Of a DNA stretch of 64,000 nucleotides, positions 1-12,024 are shown piece by piece (within the stretch, counting starts at the first letter, position 1; every line of letters starts with the position of its first letter). Where the stretch lies: the NCBI RefSeq assembly GCF_021028975.2, contig NC_059439.1, positions 30,752,001 through 30,816,000 of the forward strand. Reading direction: 5' to 3'. Origin of the DNA: Sphaerodactylus townsendi. Taxonomy: Eukaryota. The position numbers and the translations under genes were made by a program. The notes beneath the pieces were generated by a model that did not search any database, had not been told where the DNA came from, and saw only the letters and a program-made list of their open reading frames with translations.

Positions 1-128
1 ATAGGACATGGAAATCGAGTACTTCCACTCATCCCCTGAGGCATTCCTGGTCATCTGTAGGAGATCCCGAAGTGCTCGCGGAATCATCCCCGGCTGATCC
101 GGACTCCCCAACATGGTGTGTGTTTTAC
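1..128 (-). CDS. KIF22: KIF22 coding exon 3 (truncated by window edge)
   Basis: Acceptor AG at 130-129; G|GT AAA ACA CAC ACC ATG = GKTHTM. Confidence 0.93.
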
Positions 129-2008
129 CTGCCATTTTGGCGAGAGAAAGGACAAGTGGAAAAGGAAGTTTTACTGGAGAGTTCTGCGTTGGTTCCAAAT
201 TCCAGACTATTTCTTCCCTCCATTTGGGGCTGCCCCCTTGCCCAGTTCAGATATACGAGGTGTGCCGTCCCTCTTTCCCTTTTCCAGGGGGTCTTCAGCC
301 CGTACTTGCCCCAGGTACATTGGCTCCAGGGCACTGCTCCACCCTGGCTCTGCTCCTGGTGCTAGCGATAGCCTACTGGCCAAGGCAGATAGCATACGCT
401 GGTGCACCACCCCTTTAGTCCAGACTCAGTTGTTCCTACTGGGCCTAAGCTCCTCTTGGCTTTCTCCTCTAACTCTCCATCCGACTCTCTATCTCCCCTC
501 CCCCACCCCTGCATCCTTCTTCCTCCTTTTATACTCTTGTTCCTCCCCTTCCCGTCCCTGGCATCTCTCCCTCCATGCCCCCAGTGGGCCACGGATGCCT
601 GTCTGGCCCAATCAGATCCCCTATTGGTTTCCCGGCTCATGGCCCTACCTTCCCTTTTAGGCCAGGGAAGGGCAATGACCACTTCCTCCCGGCCAAAGCA
701 GCGTCTCCTGGTGCCATATCGTCACCACACCCCAATGCCTTGGGTGAGCCCAGCAGGGCCAGGGAGTTGGCAGGAGGTGGGCGCAGAAGTGCAAGGGTTA
801 GAGCGGCAGGCAGAGTCTGGGGTGGTGGCCACCGTCCCTGGAGAACTCTAGCTCCTCCTGGTTGGTTTGCCCATGGTGGTGAACCTTTGGCACTCCAGAT
901 GATATGGACTACGATTCCCATCAGCCCCTGCCGGCATGGCCATCACCACAACTAGATTTGTCACCGTTCGATATTCACCTGCTCCAGTAGGCCCGTAGGC
1001 CAGAATGCTGGCATTCTGCCCCTCCAGCAAATGGCTCAGGACAGGCTGAACTGATCCCACGTAGATGTCGTTTTGAGTGGCTTTTTCACCATAAAAGGCA
1101 TCAAACCTGGTCAGAAAAGAGGCACGATTGCAACCCATTGGTTTTCCCCTAAAGTAGAATCATAGAGTTGGAAGAGAACACAAAGCACCATAGAGTCCAA
1201 GGGCCAGGAAGAGGCAACCTGAAGTCACTTCCAGCCTTCAAGCACTTCCCCTAGCATAGCCCTGACATCAAAAGAACATTCCTCTGGAGCAGCCATTCTC
1301 AACCAGGGTTCCGTGGTACCCTGGGGTGCCGTGAGCATGTCCCAGGGGTACCGCAGCAACACTACCGCCCTCCCCCATTTTTGTGGTGTCTCCCACCGGC
1401 GCCAGCAAGGACATGGAGCTGGCCCATGGGGCAGGGCCTGCCACAAGGTCAGCAGCCACCACCACCCCCAGTGCTTCCCTTCACCCTGGGAGGGGAAGGT
1501 GGGGTGTGTGGCAAGCAGGGGCAATGGGAGGGGAAGGTGGAGGGTGGCGGCAGGGGTACCGTGAGATATCAAGAGTGAGGTCAAGGGTACCCTGACCTCG
1601 AAAAGGTTGGGAAACACTGGTCTGGAGAGACACCAGTGTGCATTTTGGTACTTTCCCATAAGCCAAGACCCGTAGGGGCTCCTCCCGCAGCAGACAAAGT
1701 CAACACAGCGTCCTGTCAGTCTTTCCTTGGGTCAGAAATTTCACTTACTGACCTGGGATGTACAGGTCAGGAGGAATAGATCCCTTCTGAATTATCTGCC
1801 CAACTCACCGGTACTTCATCGTCTCCATCTCATTTCTCCAGTTGAGGATTTCCAGGGAGTGGGAGTCCACGCCTCGTACACATGGGGCACTCTGACCCTG
1901 TCCATTTCCCACACCAGGGCGCAATCGCACACAAACCCGTACTCGGGCTTGCGCTTTAACAGGGACTCGGCGGAACTCAGCCTGACTTAATCGTTGACTA
2001 GTCGTCAT
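1..2008 (-). CDS. KIF22: Kinesin-like protein KIF22 (Kid), N-terminal motor part; gene continues off the left edge
   Basis: Coding exons 2008-1809, 1106-979, 128-1 join in phase: MTTSQRLSQ...[11 protein letters not shown]...[15 protein letters not shown]|[42 protein letters not shown]|[26 protein letters not shown]...SISMSY; P-loop GPTGAGKT; matches recalled KIF22. Confidence 0.95.
979..1106 (-). CDS. KIF22: KIF22 coding exon 2
   Basis: tctgaccag acceptor, GTGAAT donor; FDAFYGEK...YGPTGA. Confidence 0.95.
1290..1619. mobile_element. Non-autonomous hAT (Charlie-like)
   Basis: Termini CAGCCATTCTCAACC / GGTTGGGAAACACTG; TSD CTCTGGAG / GTCTGGAG. Confidence 0.7.
1809..2008 (-). CDS. KIF22: KIF22 coding exon 1 (exon starts at 2014, ATG at 2008)
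   Basis: Acceptor ctgatcatag ends 2015, donor GTGAGT at 1808; VRVCVRLRP kinesin beta-1 motif. Confidence 0.9.
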
Positions 2009-2424
2009 GAATACCTATGATCAGAAAAAGTTTGGAGTAAGATAGCGGGACAACCAGCAGCTCAACCCCATACTCTAAGAAGCATCTACCATGCATCTGA
2101 TTGTGATTCGTTGATGTGAAACTGGAAAGCTACTCAGTTTACTATTCAATAACAATGTTTACGTACTTGAATATTTATACCTTGCTTTCTCCCCCACAGT
2201 GGGCATCCAAACCAACTTACAACATTGTTCTCTCTTCCTCCATTTTGGCCTCACGACAACCATCTTGTGCCATAGATCAGGCTAAGTGAGGGAGAGGCTC
2301 AAGAAACCCTGGGCCAAGGGAGATTTCAACATCCCACCTGCCTCACTTATACAGTTCCAGCACACAAAGCCATTTACAGACCTACATTTTCTTCTTTACT
2401 AGAGGAACCTGAGCCAATCTAAGC

Positions 2425-2604
2425 CAGTGGTTCTCAACCTGGGGGTTGGGACCCCTTTGGGGGTTGAACGACCCTTTCACAGGGGTCGCCTCTCTGCATC
2501 AGTGTTCTCCATCTGTAAAATGGATAAATGTTAGGGTTGGGGGTCACCACAACATGAGGAACTGTATTAAAGGGTCGCGGCATTAGGAAGGTTGAGAACC
2601 ACTG
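2425..2604. mobile_element. SPIN (Space Invader)/URR1-like hAT MITE
   Basis: TIR CAGTGGTTCTCAACCT; internal ends match recalled URR1/SPIN_NA; TSD ATCTAAGC / ACCTAAGC. Confidence 0.85.
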
Positions 2605-3172
2605 ACCTAAGCCATCCCAGCTGAAAGCCTGCACGGCGTAGCGGCTAAAGTGTCAGATTAGATCTTGGAAACCCTGGTTGGAATCCTCACTCTGCCATGG
2701 AACCTCACCAGGTGACCTTGGGCCAGTCACACACTCCCAGCGTTAACCTACCTCACAGGGGTGTTGTAAGAATGAAGCAGAAGGATGTAAGCAGCTTCAG
2801 GTTCCCCTTGGGGAGAAAGTTGCTCCAGGCGCCGATTGAACCCCACCCCACAGATAATTTCTAGATATACTTTACTTTACTCATAAGCATGTTCTAAGGT
2901 AGGAAATGAATAGGGCATGTGGGGGTGGAGGCTGGGGAGGGCGGGGTTTGGGAAGGGGCGGGGCCTCTGTGGGATATAATGCCATACAGCTCGTTCTCCC
3001 CAGCCACCCTCTATGCTGGCAGTGGCTGATGGGATTTGTAGTCCATGAACATCTGGAGAGCTGCAGGTTGCAGACCCCTGCTCCAGGGGAACTGATCTCT
3101 AGTTTGCAATTCCGGGAGATCTCCAGGCCCCACCTGGAGAATAGCAGCTCCATTTAACCCAACGCAGCTTAC

Positions 3173-3270
3173 CGAGCAAGACAGCAGGGAAAAGCAGGAG
3201 AGCGCAAACCCCGATGGGCCTCTTTCTCCGGCTCCTTCCGTCCAAAGCGGCTCCCACACAATGAAGCGAT
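3173..3270 (-). other. KIF22: Probable non-coding first exon of KIF22
   Basis: CG|GTAAGC donor at 3172 just downstream of cell-cycle promoter motifs; no ATG in the exon; 5' end approximate. Confidence 0.55.
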
Positions 3271-3900
3271 TCGAAATTCTCCAACCCCCGTTTGTATTTG
3301 GCGCTCGGCCCGCCCCGTCCCCCCAAACGGGCCAATAGGCAGGGAAAGCGGTTAACGCATGCGCGTGCGCGCTACCACAAGGCCCTACGCATGCGTACTG
3401 AAGCGGGAAGAGGTTGCGAAAGCACGGGCTTGAAATAAAGAGGTTTTCCGGCATGGAAAAGTGCCGCGGAGGCTGACGGGAAAGATTTCATGGTGCAGCG
3501 GAGGAGGCGGGGACACTTAGCAGACGGCAAAGGGGACTTGCTGCCCGGAAGTTTAAAAAAGGAGACGCATGCGCCTTGGGCGAGATGTTCCCACTTTCTT
3601 GAGCTTGGAGCAGAGGATGCGTGGAGCGGAGCGACGACGATCGATTGTGCGGACTTCGGCTTGTGCTGTCCGGTTTTGGATGGAGGCGTCTCGGAGAGCG
3701 TCTCTGATTGAGTCCCTGTCCGCCGTCGTCTGGGCACCTCTCGGGAAGGACGCCTTTTAAGTGCGGGGCTCCGCTGGCTGTAATTAGTTCCCTGCAGGAG
3801 GCGGTTGAATCACGGCGTGGCTTAAGAGTGGAAAGTCCTCGGGGCCGAGTTCAGTGGTGGTGCGGTTGTTTAGTCCTATCCTGGCTGAGCTCGTAACTCT
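3200..3900. promoter_or_regulatory. CpG-island bidirectional promoter KIF22 (-) / PAGR1 (+)
   Basis: CpG-rich. TTCGAA CHR variant 3270-3275, E2F TTTGGCGC 3297-3304, GC box about 3309-3316, CCAAT 3332-3336, three NRF1-like CGCATGCG (about 3357, 3388, 3567), ETS CCGGAAGT 3545-3552. Confidence 0.8.
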
Positions 3901-5715
3901 GAAGAAGAGCTGGGAGGTGAGCTCGAAAACGCGCATCCTACAATGACAGATCGACCCTACTCAGAAGTAAACCCCACCTAGTTCAGTGGAACTTGTTTCC
4001 AAGTAAGTGTGCACAAGAGGGCGGCCGTAAAGCTCCTGCATTCACTCTTTCTGCTAGATTTTGGGATGTGCTTAATGGTGGCTTCATCGTGCTGTTGTAA
4101 CGTAGATATTTTGGATAGTTACATAGTTCTTCTTAAGACTGGATATGTATCCCTCCTCCCCAAAAAAGAGCACTTGTGTTTTAAATAAACATTTCAGTTT
4201 GGGTATTAATTGGCCAGCTTACACTTGGCTGGAGATGTTTTGTTATTCATTATGAAAAAGGAAGACATGTATAGAGTTTGAAGGAGAATTTATGTAAACT
4301 GCAAAGCTGCTTGTGGCATTTTAAACAATAAGTTGCTCTGTATTTTCATTGCTAATGCAATTCATATTATCTTTATGGTATAGCAGAAAAGTGGTTTGTA
4401 TACATTAAAATTCCAAAGGAGTAATCAGGTTGGTCTGTAGCAGCAAAATTAAACAGGTGTCCTTAGACCAGAGGTCTGCAACCTGAGGCTCTCCAGATGT
4501 TCATGAACTACAATTCCCGCAAGCCACTGTCCAGCCCGGTGGCCCATGTTGGCGAAGACTGATAGAAATATGGATCCGCCAGAGTTACGAACCTATAAAC
4601 CAACACATTTTTCCAGTACTAAAGCTTAGTTTTATGTCAGATGTCATTTTTCCCCCCAATGTGCAAAGTGTATATCCATTAATGAGCTAGCTCACAAAGG
4701 CTTACGCTGTAACAAATGATGATAGTCTTCAACATACTACTGATGATAGTCTTCAACATACAACTTTAAAATTTATTTATTAGATTTTTATACCGCCCTA
4801 TCCCCAAGGGGCTCCGGGCGGTGTACAAAAATAAACATAATATAACATAAAATGGCTAAATCTTTAAAAGCAGCGATAAAACAGTAAAAGCTAAATCTCA
4901 TAAATACAATAAAAATAGTAGCATAAATATATATAAATATAAATGGCGTCCAGCAGCTCCATATTCAAAATTCTCTCCCCACAAGGGAGGAATGGCAGGT
5001 CCCAGATGTAGAGGGCCATGAGGTAGAGGGCCATGAAAGGGGGGGGAGGGGAAATTAAAATTGTACAATAATGAAACCCAGCAAAGTATGTTAGAATCAG
5101 ACTTCATTTTATGGGTGCAAATAACCATAAAAGCCAAACAAGATATGAGGCTGAGTGTTGTGTGATTGAATTCCTGTTTTTTAAAAACCAGGGTGCATGC
5201 ATCTGCTTTTTAAACCAGTGGAACCTTAAAGAGTTCCTTTTTGCAACTCCCAATATCATATCTGCTTTGGCTATTGGACTGTAGATTCATCACTGTATAA
5301 TCTTTCAGGTGTTTTCTTGAAAACTAATGATTTCATATGTTCAGTCACTATAGGCTCTGCCTGAGCTCACCCTCTAAGAAGGCACATCCCCCAAGACTGC
5401 TTGTGCACACTCAGATTTCATCTCCCTGTCACTTTTGAGAGCTCCTAATAAAAGGTATTTTTCTGCCTGCACCATTTTTGGTCTGCTGGGTCACAATAAG
5501 CAATGAGTGCATTAAGTTCACACAATAGCTTTGCCTTAGGCAGTGTGCTGCTTTCATTGCTGCTGATATTAATTGTGGTACACTGGATGTCTTATGTCAT
5601 ATGAGTACCATTTTTCTTCTCTGCCCTGCAATCCGCCTTCAGACTCAGTGAAGAAGGAAGGCTATACATAAGCTAAATAAATAGCTAGGCCTTTTGTGTG
5701 GCAAGGTGGCTCTAG

Positions 5716-6440
5716 AGAGCTAGTGTGGTGTCATGGTTAAGAGCATGTACGCTCTAATCTGGAGAACTGCATCTGATTCCCCACTCTGCCACTTAAGCTT
5801 TGGAGGCTTATCTGGTGAACCAGATTAGCTTGTGCACTCCAGCACATGCCAGCTGGGTGACCTTGGGCTAGTCCAGAGGTGGGATCCAGCAGGTTCTCAC
5901 AGGTTCCCGAGAGTAGGTTACTAATTATTTGTGTGTGCCGAGAGGGGGTTACTAATTGGTGATTTTGCCACGTGATTTTTGCCTTAGTTATGCCCTTCCT
6001 CTCCAGCAGATATGCATAAGAACTTAAAGCCGATCTAGCTTGGGAGGTGCACCGGCGTGCGTGGCAGCCCTAAGCCCTGCGTGCATTCGTTTCCACAGCC
6101 CATGGGACAGGCGCTTGGCTGGCTGCATCCTTGCCACAGCCCCACCCAGGAATGCCCCGGCCCCGGAATGCCTGGCCACGCCCCTGTCGTGTCCTGCCAC
6201 ACCCCATTGATGCTACGCCACTGTTTTGAATCCCACCACCATGAGAACCTGTTACTAAAATTTTTGGATCCCACCACTGGGCTAGTCACAGTTCTTTGGA
6301 GCTCTCTCAGCCCCACCCACTTCACAGGGTGTTTGTTGTGGGGAGGGGGAAGGGAAAGGGAATTGTAAGCCCCTTTGAGTGTCCTTACAGGAGAGAAAGG
6401 GGGGGGGGAATATAAATCCAAACTCTTCTTTTTCTTCTTC
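5716..6440 (+). mobile_element. MIR-related tRNA SINE (Squam3-like) interrupted by a hAT
   Basis: A/B-box head, CTGGGTGACCTTGGGCTAGTCAC core, (TTC)n tail. Confidence 0.8.
5874..6279. mobile_element. Non-autonomous hAT, CAGWGGTGGGATCCA family
   Basis: 15-bp TIRs; TSD GGCTAGTC at 5866-5873 and 6280-6287. Confidence 0.88.
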
Positions 6441-6587
6441 TACGTGAGTGGCCCTGTGTAGAAGAATCTCCTTTCTCATCCATCAGGCCACGGGGAGAGG
6501 CTCAAAATTTGAAGGACTGCGCACAGGATTGCGCTTTAAGCGGGGAAGCCTCGCCTTCACTTTTGTTGTATTCCATCTTGTGCAGCA

Positions 6588-6982
6588 ATGGAGGAAGCCG
6601 GCGCTGTGGAGGAAGGAGAAGTGACCTCGGGGATGCAGTCCCTGGCAGTAGAAGATGGGCCAGCCTCAGAGCTGGCCACCCCGACGGAGGAACAAGACGA
6701 GGCACCTGCAGAAGCAGAGGGGGAACAGGCGGGAGAGGGGGGCGAATCTGCCGAGGAGGATTGGTGCGTGCCGTGCAGCGATGAGGAGCTGGACTCCCCA
6801 GACAACTGGATGCCTCCCCCCGAGGAGATCCGGCGCCTCTACGAACAGATTGCTGCCCAGGGGACGCTAGAGATCCAGGCGGAAATCTTGCCCCGACGCA
6901 ACCCCACCCCGGAGCCCAACAGTGAAGATGAGGATAAATCCGACGGACAGCCCGACAATCAGGAAGAAGAGGAAGAAGAAAA
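6588..6982 (+). CDS. PAGR1: PAGR1 coding exon 1
   Basis: Acceptor tgtgcag ends 6585, ATG 6588, AA|GTGAGA donor. Confidence 0.93.
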
Positions 6983-9353
6983 GTGAGAGCGGGGGCTCTG
7001 GGTATTTGAATTAAGACAGTGGTGGCGAACCTATGGCACGGGTGCCAGAGGTGGCACTCAGAGCCCTCTCTGTGGGCACGCGTGCACAGAGTTCATCATA
7101 TGATAATAGTGTAATTATTTCAGGGAGATTATTAGCATTAAGCCTAAGACCTGGTTTTGGGGAAGCAGTGTAGGTAACCCTGTTAAACGATGTTAAACCC
7201 CACTGATCTTCATGGGAAGAACTAAAGTACAATCCTTTACCTGGGAGTAAAAGCTCCAGTTGCTTTTGGCAATGGGGTTTTGCTTCTGGAGTAAAACCCC
7301 TCCCTAGGGTCGTGGATTCACCCATTCGAAGCGTTGCACAGTTGCTTCAAAGCAAAGCCACCGACTACCACCAAGCTTACTCCCAAGTAATGCGCACCTT
7401 GGAGCCAACCGTTTTTTCTATACTAAAACCTCAGTATTCAGGTGAAATTGCCATGTTGGCAGTTTGCGATAAATGAGTGGGTTTTGGGTTGCAGTTCGGG
7501 CACTTGGTCTCGAAAAGGTTCGCCATCACTGAATTAAGACATGGGAGGAAGGACCTGGAGGGAGGACGGGGAGCCGCTATCGAGCGGGGCTGTGTTCATT
7601 CTGATTCTCTCTTTGCTCCAGGCCTCACGTGCCGACAGAGTTCGACTTTGACGACGAGCCAATCTCACCCAAAAAATCCTTGATCGATCGGCGGAGGACC
7701 CCTGGTATGTGACCCAGGAAAGCCATGCTTCTCTACACTGGCCTCCTGGACTCCTGCCCTTTCCGGAGAATTGGGGTTTGGCATTCCTTGCTGTATCCCA
7801 TGAGGCCCTGCTTCTGTCGTTACCCTCGTTCAGCCTCTGCTAACCTTGCCTTTGTTCCTGTTCCGCAGTCCTGCCCCTCACCACCCCTTAAGCCAGGAAT
7901 CCCCAAAAGGGTGTCATGGTGCTCATCAACAACCTTTTGGGTTCCCTCCCAAGTTTTTTTAGGGTGTGGGTGGAGCCCAATCAGCCTTTTGCCAAGCAAG
8001 CCTTCTGACTGGCAGTGCAATTTTTTGCCCCTCCCCTCCCTTGCATGCCACCCCTCTCTCCCCTCCCCCTCCCTCTGCTAGGATGGGTGGGCCAGGTCCA
8101 GATGCCGGGTCTTCTCCCCTCCCTTGCATGCCACCCCTCACTCACTCCCCTCCCATGCATACCACCCCTCCCTCTCCTCCCCCTCCCTCCGCTAGGGTGG
8201 GTGGGCCATATCCAGATGCTAGGCCCCCTCCCCTCCCTTGCATGCCACCCCTCTCTCCCCTCCCCCTCCCTCTGCTAGGGTGGATGGGCCAGGTTCAGAT
8301 GCCGGGTCCCCTCCCCTCCCTTGCATGCCACCCCTCACTCACTCCCCTCCCTTGCATACCACCCCTCCCTCCCCTTCCCTCCGCTAGGGTGGGTGGGCCA
8401 TATCCAGAGGCCGGGCCCCCTCCCCTCCCTTGCATGCCACCCCTCACTCACTCCCTTGCATACCACCCCTCCCCTCCCCCTCCCTCCGCTAGGGTGGGTG
8501 GGCCATATCCAGATGCTGGGCCCCTCCCCTCCCTTGCATGCCACCTCTCACTCCCCTTCCCTTCCTTGCATACCACCTCTCCCTCCGCAAGGGTGGGTGG
8601 GCCAGGTCCAGCAGCTGCTGCCACCGCAGCACAAACATTGCCACTGTATTGCTGAAGATGAGCTGTGACAATTGTTTTTTGGGCTTGCTCCGCCTCCTTG
8701 TCGCTGGGGCCACCATGCCATGACTGAATTCTAAAAATGCCCGCAGGTTTAAAAAAGTGTGTGTGTGTGTGTGGGGGGGGGGGGGCTGCCCTAACCTGTT
8801 CTGATCCCAAGAATCCAAGGTAGAGCTTCACTCCACACCAGAGTTAGCTGTTCAGGTCACCGCAAGGAAAGCTTGGCTGGCAACGTTTGGTGCTGTTGGA
8901 TGTAGGAGAGTAGACAAGCGGAGAAGGCAAGACAACCTGGTCTATGAGGCATACTTTCAGGTTGTTAAAAGGGAAACCAGGCTTACGCCCACAGCTAACA
9001 AGATGTCCTCCTGCTCCTTAACTGGGAGGGAAGTCGGACCGGAGTGAAACGGTTTCCCAGCGATGCTTTGCGATTGAGGTCTGCCTCTCGCTTTGAAAGC
9101 CTTGTCCCTCTGCTGACTCGTTCCTGTGGCCAAGTCTGACAAAGCCTAATTTTTATTCTGCTTTTCAGGGACTTTGGCGAAGAGCCAGAAGAGGGAGGCC
9201 CGCCTGGATAAGGTGTTGTCCGACATGAAGCGCCACAAAGTCTTGGAGGAGCAGATCATGAAGACCGGCAGGGACCTCTTTGACCTCGACTCCGATGACG
9301 TGCCCACTCCCAAAAGGCCACCGGGTCTTTTCTTGCGCCAGCGCAAATATTGA
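6588..9353 (+). CDS. PAGR1: PAXIP1-associated glutamate-rich protein 1 (220 aa)
   Basis: Exons 6588-6982, 7622-7704, 9169-9353 total 663 nt, in phase; [68 protein letters not shown]. Confidence 0.96.
7017..7531. mobile_element. Non-autonomous hAT, CAGTGRTGGCGAACCT family
   Basis: TIRs plus perfect TSD AATTAAGA. Confidence 0.88.
7622..7704 (+). CDS. PAGR1: PAGR1 coding exon 2
   Basis: ctccag acceptor; [27 protein letters not shown]; G|GTATGT donor. Confidence 0.95.
7894..8788. mobile_element. Decayed hAT MITE containing an expanded minisatellite
   Basis: CAGGAATCCCCAA left end, degenerate right end; imperfect TSD CCTTAAGC / CCCTAACC. Confidence 0.45.
8028..8612. repeat. C-rich compound minisatellite
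   Basis: Repeated CCCTCCCTTGCATGCCACCC and GCTAGGGTGGGTGGGCCATATCCAGATGC modules. Confidence 0.85.
9169..9353 (+). CDS. PAGR1: PAGR1 coding exon 3
   Basis: ttttcag acceptor; ends RQRKY TGA 9351-9353; AATAAA at 9504-9509. Confidence 0.95.
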
Positions 9354-9589
9354 CAGTAATGGGGGGGGGGGGTTTCCAATGGAACTAAGGGCTCCTGAGT
9401 TCTTGAACGTAACAGCAAATGAATACATTGCCACCATAGTCAAGACACAGCTCAGATCTTGCACTGGCTGCAGGAGGTATTTACTTGGGAGTTATCCAGG
9501 GACAATAAAACTCCATGAGTTTTTTTGACTTGTTGATATCTAGATTTTGGGTTTGCTTGTTTTTTTCCCCAGAAATTAAGAGGTAGAGA

Positions 9590-9875
9590 AAAAGAAGAAG
9601 AACTTGGATTTATATCCCCCCTTTCTCTCCTGTAAGGAGACCCAACGGGGCTTACAATCTCCTTTCCCTCCCCCCCACAACAAACACCCTGTGAGGTGAG
9701 TGGGGCTGAGAGAGCTCCGAAGAACTGTGACTAGCCCAAGGTCACCCAGCTGGCGTGTGCTCGAGTGCACAAGCTAATCTGGCTCACCAGATAAGCCTCC
9801 ATAGCTCAAGTGGCAGAGCGGGGAATCAAATCCGGTTATCCAGATTAGAGTGCACCTGCTCTTAACCACTACACC
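9590..9875 (-). mobile_element. Squam3-like SINE
   Basis: Reverse complement of the family, full length. Confidence 0.85.
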
Positions 9876-11590
9876 GTGCTGGCTAAGCCAAGAAAGTGGC
9901 ATGATCAGCACAGAGGTGCTCTCTGCATGTCATCTTCTCCATCTCCTCCCCACCTCACGTTGAAGAGGAGCCACGGCCACGTTTGCTTTGACTTAGTCTT
10001 AGCGGAACCTGCATGTGCTAGGGAATTTTCTGTCATTTCTGGCTGGCGCAGAAAGACTGCTTCGAAGAACAAGGGGCAGGAAGAGCAAGGAGGAAGCCGA
10101 TCACATCCAATATTGACCAGGACACCTTGAATGTTTGTTTTAACAAAGATGCTTTTTCACGGCACTAAAATTTAGCAGCAATCGCTAAGGGGCACAGAAA
10201 TGTCTCGGGAGAGTGTGCGCGAATCAGAAACTGCTTAGCCTTGCTTGGGTCACTACCCAAAAGGCTGCCAAGAACAATCAAATGCATGCAAAAGGCTTGC
10301 AGAAGGACTTCCCCGCCTAACCGTAGAGTGGGAAAGTCGCTTCACGTTCGAGAGCATAAGGAATAGGCGTGGGAGACGCAGCTGATATCAGGAGTCCAGT
10401 GGAGAGAAGCCAGCTGACAGGTCGAATCTAGCTAATCTCTACTGCCCGAGCTCTGGTCCCTATGGCACACCTTTTATTAGGAGTTTTTTCCAGGGGCAGG
10501 AGAGCTGAGGAGAATACTGTACCGCAAATACATGACTCATGGGGGGCTGCGCGCATTACGCGGGAGGAAAGCGTTCATGTCTGGAATGCTAATCCAGGGG
10601 GGTAGAGGAGACCTGCAGCTTTCAGATAAACCAGGAACTGGTTTCCATCCAGTTTCTACCAGCATGGGCCCAATTGTGCATGGCGCTGATATTAGAGGCT
10701 GATGGGAATTGTGGCGTTCCTGAACATCTGAGAGCCATGCGAGGTTCCTAAATTCTGGTCTAATCCATGCCTGGGGGTATGTGCCTTTTGTCCCTTTGTC
10801 CAGGGCATCCCATGACCGTGAGTCATGGGGGTCTTGTGGACCAGAGTGGAGCTCCACCCCTGCCCAGAGAGGCAACAAGATGGCGCAGAGCATCCCTGTG
10901 CTCATCTGTAATCTGAGGAGCTCCCTGGCTGGAGTTAAGCTGGCTCCACTGGCAACAGTAGAGCAGTATTTTGGGATGACATAGTCCCCCGGTACCCTCT
11001 TTCCCATACACAGAGCCACATCGTTCAGTACTTTTGCAAGGCCTCCATAGACCTCCGGGGTGCATCATTCCCTGATTCTGTTGACCACCTTCATTCCCGC
11101 TGGAAGCTTTTCCTCAGGTGGGAATTTTCCCAGCCTTTATTAACTTCCTTGACGATCTCTCGGGCGATGTTTGGGTTTTGAAACTGTTACAGCAGGGTAA
11201 CGGGTTCAAAATATTTAAGCCAAAAAGCTTAAGCCAACAAAGGAATAAAATGTATATTTTATTCACGCCAACAAATGGGCAAACAGCATCAGGGGAGCCA
11301 CACAAGATGACAGTGTGTTCTTACTTTTATAGGTTACATCAGAATAACAGTAAAAAGAATACACCCCAAAGTTCATCATCATCACTTAGTCATACAGAAA
11401 GGTGGAGATTTCCCTTCTTCCCAAAAACAATTGAACTTTCTAAGACCCTTATTGGAAGGTGGGAACACCTGATCTTTTGACGCAAGATGAACTAGGACCT
11501 GTTTCTTTCCTATCTATTTTGCCTCTTGTTGTCCTTCTTCCTAGGAAAAGAGCCTAAATATTTTCATGTTTCTTTCTTCTGTCTCCAGAA

Positions 11591-12024
11591 CAGGGGTAGG
11601 GAACCTTTAACACTCGGAGAGCCGTTTGGACCCGTTTTCCACGGGAAAAGAAAACACTTGGAGCTGCAAATAATTTTTGACATTTAAAATAAAGATAACA
11701 CTATATATATAGGGTCTTTTAAACCTTTTACTCCGCTCATTCTGAGAAGCGCATGGATGCGCCCACCCTGCTGCCTGCAGGGCGGGCAAGGATGAAGCCG
11801 GCGGCTCGGCCTCGCCGGCCGCTGGGAAAGCACCCACCCCACTCCAACGGGGTGGGCGAGAGGGGAAGCCCGCGGCGCGGCCCAGCCAACCATGGGCAGT
11901 TGGTGTGCCCGCCCTGCTGCCTGCAGGGTGGGCAAGGATGGGGCCAGCGGCTCAGCTCGTGGAGCCACAGTGCAAGGGCAGAAGAGCCGCATGCGGCTCT
12001 TGAGTCGCAGGTTCCCTACCCCTG
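11591..12024. mobile_element. Non-autonomous hAT, CAGGGGTAGGGAACCT family
   Basis: 16-bp TIRs, perfect TSD CTCCAGAA. Confidence 0.88.

Noticed and set aside
7966-8655. 229-aa proline-rich ORF
   Set aside because: Translation of a C-rich minisatellite inside PAGR1 intron 2; non-ATG start.
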